A stretch of DNA of 59,074 nucleotides, counting the filler, from Jimgerdemannia flammicorona (Eukaryota), in the NCBI GenBank assembly GCA_003990765.1. It is 2 parts of 2 records of this genome, joined end to end, with 100 filler letters (N's around TTAATTAATTAA, not from the genome) between each part and the next. Parts side by side here need not be neighbours in the genome. Positions count along the whole stretch, not along the records: positions 29,598 to 59,074 come from RBNJ01000497.1; 1 more part is not named here. The stretch is one strand, 5' to 3'. The notes under the pieces are model-generated. The model searched no databases and had not been told where the DNA came from. It was given only the letters and a program-made list of their open reading frames with translations. A program made the position numbers and the translations under genes. Of the stretch, positions 48,141 to 59,074 are shown piece after piece. Positions within the stretch are counted from its first letter, which is position 1; the number at the start of each line of letters is the position of its first letter.

Positions 48141-49925
48141 TATTGGAAAAGAGATTGATTTTATTGAAGTTATATAGATTTTGTATTTTATATATTACTA
48201 ATGAATAATATAAAACTGATGAAAAAACCTAATCATATATTGATATACATATGAAGTTGCCATCCCAATATATCTACTTAATAAATATATATTCAAAAAG
48301 AAATACAAACTGGAGTAAAAAGTAATATAATATATTCAAAAACTAAAACTATATATAACCTAAAGAACTATATATAACTCCAAATTACTATTATAAAACC
48401 TATATTTAAGGAATTTTCACTAGTTGAAAAGTATTCCAAAATATCTAAAATACCCACAAAATATAATATATGTAATCCACTCATAGATGAGAGATGTCAA
48501 TATAAATATAAGTAAATATATTATAGTAAGAAAGACTTTTATAGTCAGAAAAGTATTCTGTAATCATCTGAATACTAGTGTACTACTTGTAAGACTCATT
48601 TCTTTAATGTATTACTCAAACTTAAGCTTTGGAAGAGCTTTTGTAAGTAAATCAGCAATCATATACTTTATAGGAATATATTGTAAGTATATAGTACCAT
48701 TTTCTATATAATTTTATATAAAATAATATTGTATATTAATATGTTTTATTCTACTATAATCTATCAGATTTTTGTCAAGTACTATCATTGATTGATTGTC
48801 TTACTTAATTAGTATGGAGTTCTCATTAAGGAAGTGAAGCTTTTTTAATTATTCACAGAGCCAAATGACTTCTTTTATTACTAATGATAATATCTGGTAC
48901 TTCACCTATATTGATAAAATAGCTATAGATGATTTCTTATATATTTTCTATGAAATAATAGATTCTTTGTATTTTTGTTAATATGGAAGAGATACTCAAT
49001 ATATCAGCAGTTATTTAGATCTCTCACCCAATTAGTATTATATATACTAGAGAGCCATATAGTATTATTGTTATTATTGCTTCTACTCAATCTGCTGAGA
49101 GTAAGTATATAGTATGTAATACTCTTAAGATATCTGAAAATCCTCTTAATGGTGCTCTAATATAAATTATTATGGTTGAAAGAATACTATTCTACCTTAT
49201 TTATAATATATAATATATCAGACCTTATTTTTAGTATGAGATATATAAGAGAACTAACTGTTTGCTGATAGGGAATGTTTTTATTATTATCTTTTATACT
49301 ATTTTTGATAAATATATTATCATCATCTTCAAGTATAGTATCTGGCTTTCTTAACTTTACAGAAGTATCTATAGAAGTGTCTATAGCTTTACATTCTCTA
49401 TATTGAAATATTCAATAATTGTTTGAGTATATATTACTTGTGAGAGATGTATGACATATATAATTCTATTACATATAATGGATATTCTCAAAAGAAAGAA
49501 TGTCTCACTCATACCTATTATCTTTAATTCTTGGTATAGGATTTTTTTGACTCTGTTAAGTTTATTCTTGCTAGTAATAATAATGATATCATCTATCTGT
49601 ATGCTAAGGAATACTATGCTACTATTATTATTATACTAGATATATATATATATAATTATCTACTTTGCAATATAAAAATTTATTATTAAGACAATATTTA
49701 TTAATCCTTTTATTCTATAGCTATATTGCTTATTTAATATTATATAGTCTCTTATACAATCTATATATGAGCTCACTGTTTTTATATCCTTGCAGTTGAC
49801 AGATATATAGTTTAGTATCTATATTATTATTCAGAAATACTACCTTTATATCTATTTGATAGATTTTGAGATTATATACCATACTGATCATAAGGAGTAT
49901 TCTAAGAGATATAAGAATGACTATT
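48141..49925 (-). mobile_element. Second Ty1/Copia remnant (RT-RNase H and 3' LTR 48141-48270)
   Basis: SLRILL..YQIDIKVVFLN, KHINIQYYFI and IADLLTKALPKLKFE. Homologous to the 16473-26143 Copia. Confidence 0.9.
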
Positions 49926-50379
49926 CCTCCTTATATACACCTAGATGGTTATTTATCTTATCTTTGTACCCAGATGGCTACCTCTTATTCTATAGTCACA
50001 TATAGGCAAATTTACATAATATTATCTACTTTAAGTATTCTTTACAAGAGTAAATTTGACATATCCCAAATTGAGCTTTGTGGAATAATGAGGTTGGGCA
50101 ATAGATATATCTTATCTTAGAGACTAGGCACTGGCTCTAAATGTATAAATAAGTATATAATAAAGAGTAGTCTTAAAATTCAGAATAAGTAGAAGGAAAC
50201 TAGATATTTAAGGAATCTGCATACTCAGCTAGTAGTTTTTCAGGCTCTACTATCAGTCTCAAGACATATTATATATAGAATTCAATAGCAGAAGTATCAT
50301 TATAGAGATATTAATTTCAGACTATTCCTTACCAGTACTTTATTAGTTAATTTTCTTCTATTCCTGAGTTCTTTGTATA

Positions 50380-51165
50380 TTTCTTATAGGTTCTCTATAT
50401 ATTCTTTATACCTTTTTGAGAGAGTTCCTTATAGCTCTCTTGTCTATTCTTTATACCTTTTTGAGAGAGTTTCTTGTAGCTCTCTTTACATTCTTTATCT
50501 CCCTTTTAGAGATATCTTATAGTTTCCTTTCTGAGATTCCTCATGACTCTCTTTTTAAATTTTACATATCTATATTTCTCTCCTCTACACTCCTTCCACT
50601 TCCACTTCTTCTAGTTCTACTGTATTATATTTCTTTTACTTATACTTCTATTTCTTTATACTTCTTTTAATTATACTTTACCAAATATATACATCTCTTA
50701 TATTCTATCCTCTTTTATTAATTTTGTATATCTTATACTAATTTTATATATATTTCACTAAATTTACATATCTTATTAATTTTATACATCTTTTTATTAA
50801 TTCTACCAATTCTCTTTACATATTCTACACAATCTACACAAAACCATCAATACCTTGCAGAAGGCTATCAATACCTTATAGAGGCTCATAAATATCTTAC
50901 TCAAGTTAAAGACATTTAAGATCTTCTGGAGACCAAGAAACTGAAACACAAATAGCATTAGTTTTGATTGAGGTTCTGTTATTTAGCTTAGCTTCCATTC
51001 TATCTACAACTTCCTCATCTATAACTTCCTTATCCATGACTTCATCATTTATGACTTTCTCTTCCATAGCTTCCCATTCATCTGGGACTTTATCTATAGT
51101 TTCTTTATTATCTACAACTTCATCTTTTATAGCTCTTCTGAGTATTTTATATAACAATTGCACAT
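50380..51165 (-). pseudogene. Degenerate Glu/Lys-rich repetitive coding remnant of unknown origin
   Basis: Acidic 5-aa periodicity (DEVVD..EKVIN DEVMD KEVID EEVVD) and 45-bp tandem units at about 50380-50500. Confidence 0.35.
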
Positions 51166-51769
51166 TCTGACAAGTAAGTCTAGTACAATCTATGATTAGC
51201 TTGGATTAGTATGTCTTTTATCAAGCAATACTATAAAGGCTAACACTAATCTTGGAATATCTCCTATTGGTACTGATAATACTATAAAGGCACTAGAAAA
51301 TCTGGCAGGATATTCTGTTTCTGGTAATACCACTGAGACTATGGTCAATCTGGTAACACATCTTATTATCTCTGGCTCTGTTACTACCAAGGCCATAATT
51401 AGTGCTGCTTATTCTATTTTTAGATACTACTATTCCAGTTTGCTCAAGTCCAATATCATAATTAAGATTGATAATAGTAATAATTCTTCTAATTATAATG
51501 ATTCTAATATCTATAGACAGTACAATAGGACCAACAGAAAAGGAGTTTGGAGTCTAATTGTTCCATAGTCATGCTCTGATCATTTTAAGTATTCTAAAAG
51601 ACATGCTTATTTCCTATATAAGAGCTAGGATTATTTTGAAATTTTGTGAAGTTGTAGCTACGATATAGATTTCTAATAATATATAAATTAGATATAGATA
51701 GAGTTTATTATATTTGTTTATTATTCTTTTAAAGTAACCTTATATATATTTATTATTTAAGGTCACTGA

Positions 51770-52115
51770 TGAATATGATAATAAGTACTAATGATTATAG
51801 ATATTTATATAGGATTGTTGAGATCTCATTATTGCATTGTTTTTATATAGAATTAATGGTCCAACAATCATAGTACATTTATATAGGATCTGATGAGGTC
51901 TAATAATCATGTTGTATTTATATAAGATGAATAGTCTGATAATCATAGAGCATTTGTATAGGATTGATAACATCTAACAATTATGATACATCTATATAGG
52001 CTCAACTTGATCCAATGAACATATATTATTATATAGTATTAGGTTCCAATAATTATGATACTTTCACATTCATATAGAATTGAGATTCAATAATCTTGAT
52101 ATCTTTATATAGGAT
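51770..52115. repeat. Degenerate tandem repeat of about 36-42 bp (ATAATCATRRTRCATTTRTATAGGA core)
   Basis: About 8 imperfect units are visible. Confidence 0.7.
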
Positions 52116-53859
52116 CTAGGCAGACTGCTATATTCTGATATCAACTACTATATAAGGTTAATCTTGGTATTTGAGATAATTATTATATTATTACTTTTCC
52201 CTTATATGTCTTAATCATTTGATCATTTTGGTATTGGTATTTTCAGCTATAATAGGTTCTTTTATTTGACCTTTTATACAAGAAATTCATTATGTTATCT
52301 AAAAGAATATATATTTTTCTACAATAATAGTCTGTTAAGTATTAATAGACAGATCTACTTAACATAGATTGATCATCATAAGAATAAATAGATTGATCCC
52401 AACTAGTACATAAATAGCCAGTAGATATATACAGTTATATTTCTCTATATTTAGATTATATATGTACCATATTTATTTAGAAACTACCTTCTTCTATATT
52501 ATCTATAATCTATATTGAAGTACTGTACTCTCCATTGGTTTTCTCTCCACCTCCTCTCTATATACTGATATTGTAAAAAGTGTAAACACAGCCATCAGTA
52601 CCTCAGAAGCTATCTCTGCCAGCCATTACTACTGATATATTGCCTATATATATATATATACATATACTGGATTCTGGATACTACTGAGAGAGTACCCCCA
52701 TTTTATAGTAAGTTTATTTACAGAGTCATGGGATATTATAAGGTATGATATCTAGTGCCTCTATATCTGTTATCAGTAGTTAATTATTTTTAAAATTATT
52801 ATTAACTTAGCAAGATTTTGGAAACAGTCCAACCTTATATTCTTCTTTTATTTTTATTTCTTTATTAGGTCATTTTCATAAAGAAATTCTTGTGTATAGT
52901 ATATCTACTGATAGACAGTAGTAATTAGCTTGCCAGCATTTTACCTGAGAGTGATGAAAAAGCTTACAAAGGTACCCTCATTAGTATGCAGTTGAAGATA
53001 AATATAAGCAGAACAATGGAGCTTGTATTAGACTTCATTTAGTATATAAGTAATGCAGAGATAAGAGAGAGATTAAAGATCAAAGAAAATGGCAACTAGG
53101 ATATATACAGTTATAGCAGAAAAAATACTAATGACTAATTGATATATGGTCTTTAATATATATCCTTTAAATATTTATATATTTTGGACATTTATATATT
53201 TTCCTATCTTCTATATATAAACATTTTAGTATATATTTCCTTATTGAGTAGTATTTATTCATTTACTATATTATATATCCTTTACATATATATTGTTTTA
53301 TAAATTTATATACCAATATTTTTGGTATATAACATTACTATAAGTCAGTTTATAATGATAAGACTATTTCTATATAATATCAGACATACTGATTGTGGCT
53401 TAGCAATTTAGTATTTCACAGATATATTTTCAAGAAAACACAGTTCTCCAGAATTCAGATATATAAGCAATGTGAGGTTGTTATGGATTGACTCTAAAAT
53501 AAAAATAAATACTATATTAATACACATCTGCTTTACTTGTTTTCATTCTTTAGAACTCACACCTCTACTATCATTATGACTGATTCAGTTGACATCAACA
53601 GAAATTATTTTGAAGTAGTTTATTCACATTCTATTCAATAAATGGTAGTGGTTTATTCCTATCCCATATTATGATATTTCTGCTACAATATGCTCTCAAA
53701 AGAAAGATACTTATTGGAGACTTATGAAGTGAAAAAAGAGAAGAGACATATTAAGCTCTTGGAGAAGGTGAGGATATTAGAGTAATAAAATAGAGATATA
53801 TAATATCCACTATTTTAAAAGAAAAATAGTTTCTTTAAAATGTTCAAATTAAATAATTT

Positions 53860-55930
53860 TTCATTTTTCTTGTAATTTTTTCCAAATATGAACATTATCA
53901 AAATCAAATAAGAATAGAAATTATCTATGACAAATGAATTGGATGGCTTGATATCATCAATCATTAATGTAAAACTGATGTTTGCACCTTTGAAACTATT
54001 CTATTGGCATCATATATCACAATAACAATAAAAATAATTAAAGATTATATGAACATCCACAAGAGAATACTAAATAATAATGATTATGGCTTTTGGAGCT
54101 TCCAGTTTGGTCTTTGGAAATAACAATCCAACCCTGTACTATTATCATCTAATCTTCATTGACCTAATCATCTGAGTCAACAATAGCTTACTTAATAATT
54201 TCTGGAGCAATTGACTCCAGTTTATAATTATCTGAACAGGCTATTTTAAAATAATTATCCAAAGCTCTATAAGTAATATTCGAGTATACAGCTGATCTTG
54301 TGTCCTGATAATGATAGAATTGAGATACTCTGGTTTGATACTCAGTCTTTTAAACTATGGTATTATATAACTCTCATAGCTATAGAGTCTGAATATTGAG
54401 AATTGAAATTTCACTAAGATCAATATAAAGATGATGATGGCATAGTGATGATAGTTATATTCAGCTATCATACCACTGGTAGTACTATTATCAATACTAA
54501 ATATCAATCAGTATTACTTAATAAGATTGGTATATTATATATGATATAAGGTATTGAATAATATACTATAAATCAGTATAATAGTATAGTGCAATATTCA
54601 ATTGTTCTTTTCAAAGATAAATATATTTTAGATAATTATACAAAATTATAATGGCTGTATTTATTTCTCAATCAAATAGTATCAATGAGAAAATAATATA
54701 TATATTATTCTTTTTTGATAGATGCTCAATTACTCTCTCTTAGTACTATAAAGTATAAGATTACAGCTTCTAAATTTACTCCTCAAATAAGCTATTATAA
54801 TCTCACTCTCTAAATATTATCAATATTAAATTGAATATAAATGATATACAGTGAGATTTTTATAAAAATATAATAACAATAATATTATCTTTATCTATTT
54901 ATTACTTTTAGGTTATTTCTTTGATGAGTTTTATTGAAATAAAATCATGAACTATATGTTATTTATCAATAAGATAAAAAACCTTTAATAAATGATTAAG
55001 TTCAAGACCATAGTAGAGGTATTAAGAGTTTCAGATAGTTCTCCTAAGACTACAAGTATTACTGACATTATCTTGGACAGATAATTTACTATACTGCTTT
55101 TTAGTAGAGATGTTAAATGTTAAAATATGATCATCTATACTGCTCTCATCACATGTGCTGGATATTCTTTTATTTATCTTTTTATTGTCCACAGTTTATT
55201 CCTATAGATAAATTATATATTATTGTCATTTTTGCTTTATTCATAATATCAACATTTAACTAACTATATAATAATCTGCAAAATAGCTATATTGATTAAT
55301 CAGATATAGTATAATATTGTATGATTAACAGATAATATTACCTTGTAGGAAGTACTGTTTATATATTTTAATATGGTCTATCATTGCTTGATAATAGTAC
55401 TAGATATATACCTGGTGGTGTTTTTGATACTGTAGTAGATGATTACCAGAGGTAAGTCAGACAAGATCCAAGTTGTATAATTTCTCTATAATATATTTCT
55501 TATATAGTATTTCTGGAAAGTCTTTATGCTGATATTTATATTTTCTTCTCTAAAGGTTAGATATTGTCAATCTCTTCTACTCTCTACTGCATCATTTAGA
55601 TCAGTATAGTAATTTATGTTAAGAACAATTATCTTCAGTATTATATTATAAAAGAAGAGATGAAATATTCCAATATCAGTCCAATTGATATTATTAGAGT
55701 AGACTGTGTAATATGAGAGAATCAGAGTAGTATGTATAAGATGGGAGAAGTCAGGAATAGTAGAAATGCCCAGAATGGCATAAACATCAAGAACAAGAGG
55801 AGAAATATTGTCATTATTATTGTTTAAAGTAGCAGATATAGTTCTTTTAATTGCTTTAGGTCAGAATGGTGGAATCTCAATTATGATATTCTTCTTTACC
55901 CACATCTGTTTATCAATGATAATGATCAAT
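53860..55930 (-). pseudogene. Degenerate multi-exon gene of unknown family
   Basis: Two long minus-strand frames (about 55930-55340 and 54345-53860) contain only sparse, transition-revertible stops in very AT-rich DNA. Confidence 0.4.
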
Positions 55931-56669
55931 AACTCCCTTATTTTATATTTTTTCTATTTAAAATATTTAGTACTCACTTGATTTAATTATTGTAAGTTAG
56001 ATTTAGAAATATTAGAAATAGCAATGATGAGTTTAGATAGCAATGGCAATGTTGTATTGATAATGCCAATGATGAATTTAGATGGCAATAGTAAGGATGA
56101 GTTAAATGGCAACAGTGACATTAGTAATGTTAGCAAAAGATGAGTAAATCAAGTAATGCATTTATAAATATTTTTGATACAATATATGACTTAGAGGCTT
56201 GCTTTTTTGTATGTAGGTTTTATGGTAAAGTTTTAGATACATATACAACTTGTATGTATATATAGTAATGTTTTAGGTATATATGCAACTTGTATGCTAA
56301 GTCTGGCTCTATTAAGATTTTCTGTTATTTTTCAGGCTCTCATAGTCAGTTCATGATACTTTTCCCCTGTGGTGGCCATGAAGGATGGGTGTGGTCATGA
56401 AGAGTGTGGCAGTAAAAGGTGTAGTAGTGAAAGGTGTGGCTGTAGTATCAGAGTTCCCAGTTGAGCACCAGAATATTTCCTAGTTAAGTATGATTCAATC
56501 AAATCGATTTCTAGTTCCCAGTTAAGTAAATTACAGAAAGACCCATACACCAGAATTCTCAGTCAGAATGACCCTAGCAAAGATCCACATATCAAATTCA
56601 GTAAATATTCCAGTCTCAATTGATCCAAATTCGATATTCCAGTAAAATCAAACCAAAATCAGAGATGCT

Positions 56670-57050
56670 TTGATTGAATCATTCAAGCTCAGTTCGAATC
56701 TCAAGGACCTCCCCTTTGGAACAGAGCTTGCCAAGTTCCCTAAAATTATTATCACCGAGTTTAACAACATTATGAATCCTTCCCGCAAAGATATATATAA
56801 AAACGTCAAGGAGATACCTCAAAATTTGCTTCTGTACCCATATCTGGAGAACCACCATAGATCTCTGAGAGCAAACACCTCTCCAAAATTTCCAGAGACC
56901 TCAGCAATAACTAATCCAAAGCTGAATACTATTTCCAAATCCATTGATAAGTTATTCAAGTTCTTCCAAAACTCTGATCAAAATGTCAAGTCCAAATATC
57001 TCTACAACCAAAAGATATTTCAAGAAACAGAGATCAGGATAATTTTCTAG
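56670..57050 (+). CDS. Hypothetical ORF (126 aa, non-ATG start) in a possible LTR-like segment
   Basis: Open frame only; no recognisable domain. Confidence 0.25.
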   Translation: MIESFKLSSNLKDLPFGTELAKFPKIIITEFNNIMNPSRKDIYKNVKEIPQNLLLYPYLENHHRSLRANTSPKFPETSAITNPKLNTISKSIDKLFKFFQNSDQNVKSKYLYNQKIFQETEIRIIF

Positions 57051-57473
57051 TAATTTGAGACTATCTCCATGCCAAGTTTTAAGAAGATAGTTCAATTTCT
57101 TAGAAATTTCATACTGCCTCTTTCCCTAACAAGGAAATCAGAGTCTAGTAAAATCCGGATTTAGTTTGCCACCAAATCAAAATGTCCAAGCCACCCGAAA
57201 AGCAGTCTAAGCCTATCTGGAGCAGTTAAACCTGCATCTGGATAAATGTCAAATTATAGTGATATGGATATAGGAAACTGCCACCATTCTGATATGATGA
57301 TTTCAGATTCAATAACTGAGTTGAAATAATTATTGAACTGCTCAGACTTCAGTATATTATTGTAAGATACTGGAGATGACTGGAGACTACTGAATAACAT
57401 TAGAGATACTGGAGATAGAGACATTAAAGATGGATATATATAGAGATACTAAAGATAAAGATATTGAAGATAG

Positions 57474-59049
57474 TGTAACAGTGACCCCAGAATGATGACA
57501 TCAGCACAGGTGACAGCCTTTCCTTGCAAGCCACCAGATTGGAGCACAAGAAGATTATATGGCATACGAGATAAGCAATGATGATCAACTGTGAGTCATT
57601 GTGACTACAGTACAAGCATCCCAAAGAATATAAAAGAAGGATCAAAGAACCATTGTAGCAGCAACCAACAAGAACCACCAATCTCAAAATAGCTCAAAGA
57701 CTTACCATAAATGAAATGCCTGCTGCCTGCCAAACCTCAAGGTCAAGGAACCATCAAGGCACCTCAGTTGAAGAAAGGATGTTCCAAGACATCAGAAGAG
57801 CCATGGGGACCTATACAAGAAGGACTCCCAGCATCAACCTAGATACTGCAGACCCTTATCACTTTATTCTCTACTGCTGTGAAATGGAAACAAGGATCAC
57901 CATTGCTACCAAATGTCTCCAAATGTGGCAGGAGTATGAAATAGGAAACCTCCTCTGCCAGGAGTTCCCACAGGCCAGCACTCAAGAGCTACAAGATGCC
58001 ACTCCCATGGATATATGTGAAATGAGGATAGCTAAGAAAATCCATCAGATCTTCAGGCATGCACCATGGTCAATCCCCAAATTGGAGTATATTAGAGTCT
58101 CAGACTTCAGAGATCTGTCATCTCACTATATCAATATACTAGAAGCCAGAGTGGCTACAGAAGCCCAGTCCACTATCACCCTCAACAGCAAAGAAGTAGA
58201 AGACTTCTGGCATCCCATCCTTCAGGAGAACCCAGACCAATTCCTGCAAGGATTGATCTCAGTATTCCAAGGTCCAAGCATCCAGGTTAGACCTCCCCAA
58301 GACCCTACATTTGTTCCTTATTTTGTAGAAGAGAACCTCAAAGACTGGAGAGCTCCAGATCTTGTTCCCGATTTCCCCACCGAATGTGATGATGTCATCG
58401 GCAATGACATCATCCCGCATGACATATGCAAAGCATGCAAACTGTATGATGATGAATTTGTGGATCTCATCTCCTTCAGTAATGATGATGATGATGAAGC
58501 CCCCATGGTCCTGAACTTTCTGCACTAAGTTCTTTATTACACTGGATAATACTACCACTGGTATTCTCATGTAACACTGGATAATGCCAGCACTGATATT
58601 CTGAGGTGATGTGAAATTGTTCCAGCACTAGTATTCTGAGGTGATGCGAAATTGTTCCAGCACTGGCATTTTGATGTGATACTAAATAATACCAGCATCC
58701 TAAACCTGTACAACCATTAGTGCCAACTCTGGAACTTAGTAGTTTTAGTTATTAGAATTTAAATTTAGCTTTATATCTTAGCAACCATTGAATTATATTT
58801 TATATAAATACTCCTCTTATTTCCTCTGAAATAAAGTCAGTCAAGTTTCAGTCAAGTTCACTTACACATACTTCCTTGCAAGCAATCTAAGAGATAACAA
58901 GATAGTTAAAGATAAGAAGTTTGAGGACTATAAGACCTTGGGAAGGTACTCCAATAAGAACTTGCTTATAACAAACTTGAGTTAGTCTAAGAGATACACC
59001 TTGAAGAGAATCTGGCATATTTGAAGGACTCAGCGACCACTATGTGACA
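57474..59049 (+). repeat. 5' LTR (1576 bp) of a Gypsy B element continuing beyond the window
   Basis: TGTAACA...TGTGACA termini followed by ACT plus PBS. Homologous to 6922-8474. Subrepeats of about 34 bp at about 58540-58700 and TATATAAATA at 58801. Confidence 0.9.
57716..58528 (+). CDS. Intact 270-aa ORF inside the LTR (U3), unknown function
   Basis: Stop-free ATG ORF conserved in the second LTR copy. The central region resembles Gypsy A ORF3 and the tail is acidic. Confidence 0.8.
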   Translation: MPAACQTSRSRNHQGTSVEERMFQDIRRAMGTYTRRTPSINLDTADPYHFILYCCEMETRITIATKCLQMWQEYEIGNLLCQEFPQASTQELQDATPMDICEMRIAKKIHQIFRHAPWSIPKLEYIRVSDFRDLSSHYINILEARVATEAQSTITLNSKEVEDFWHPILQENPDQFLQGLISVFQGPSIQVRPPQDPTFVPYFVEENLKDWRAPDLVPDFPTECDDVIGNDIIPHDICKACKLYDDEFVDLISFSNDDDDEAPMVLNFLH

Positions 59050-59052
59050 ACT

Positions 59053-59074
59053 TGGTGCCCATTGACTGGTGATT
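59053..59074 (+). promoter_or_regulatory. Putative primer-binding site of Gypsy B
   Basis: TGGTGCCCATTGACTGGTGATT, matching the family A PBS. Confidence 0.8.

Noticed and set aside
58540..58700. CRISPR-like appearance of short repeats here and at 26295, 28165 and 51770
   Set aside because: Tandem units lack unique spacers, no cas genes are present, and the context is eukaryotic.
6922..59049. The two B LTRs as ends of one giant element
   Set aside because: They are in opposite orientation, clearly diverged and on different contigs, and each has its own PPT or PBS context.

Overview
Eukaryotic (probably fungal) heterochromatin-like region made almost entirely of nested, C-to-T/G-to-A-eroded transposons. 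An artificial 100-nt spacer (29498-29597) joins two contigs. Left contig: one hAT transposase gene (about 6060-29369) is split by a Ty1/Copia, two families of dUTPase-bearing Ty3/Gypsy elements (A and B), an endonuclease-less Penelope-like element, a poly(A) retroposon and a small non-autonomous LTR element. Right contig: three L1/Tx1-like LINEs (one full-length copy inside another), a third Gypsy-A copy, a second Copia, degenerate ORFs and a 1.6-kb Gypsy-B LTR. The most unusual signal is the Gypsy gene layout. Gag-PR-dUTPase-RT-RNaseH forms one ORF. Integrase is in a separate +1 frame starting at an ATGAATAA start/stop overlap, at the same offset in three copies from two families. A third overlapping ORF follows. 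Family B also carries a 270-aa ORF inside its LTR that resembles family A's third ORF. Two unrelated non-LTR elements sit antisense at Gypsy PPT/LTR junctions. All calls come from manual reading; no searches were run.
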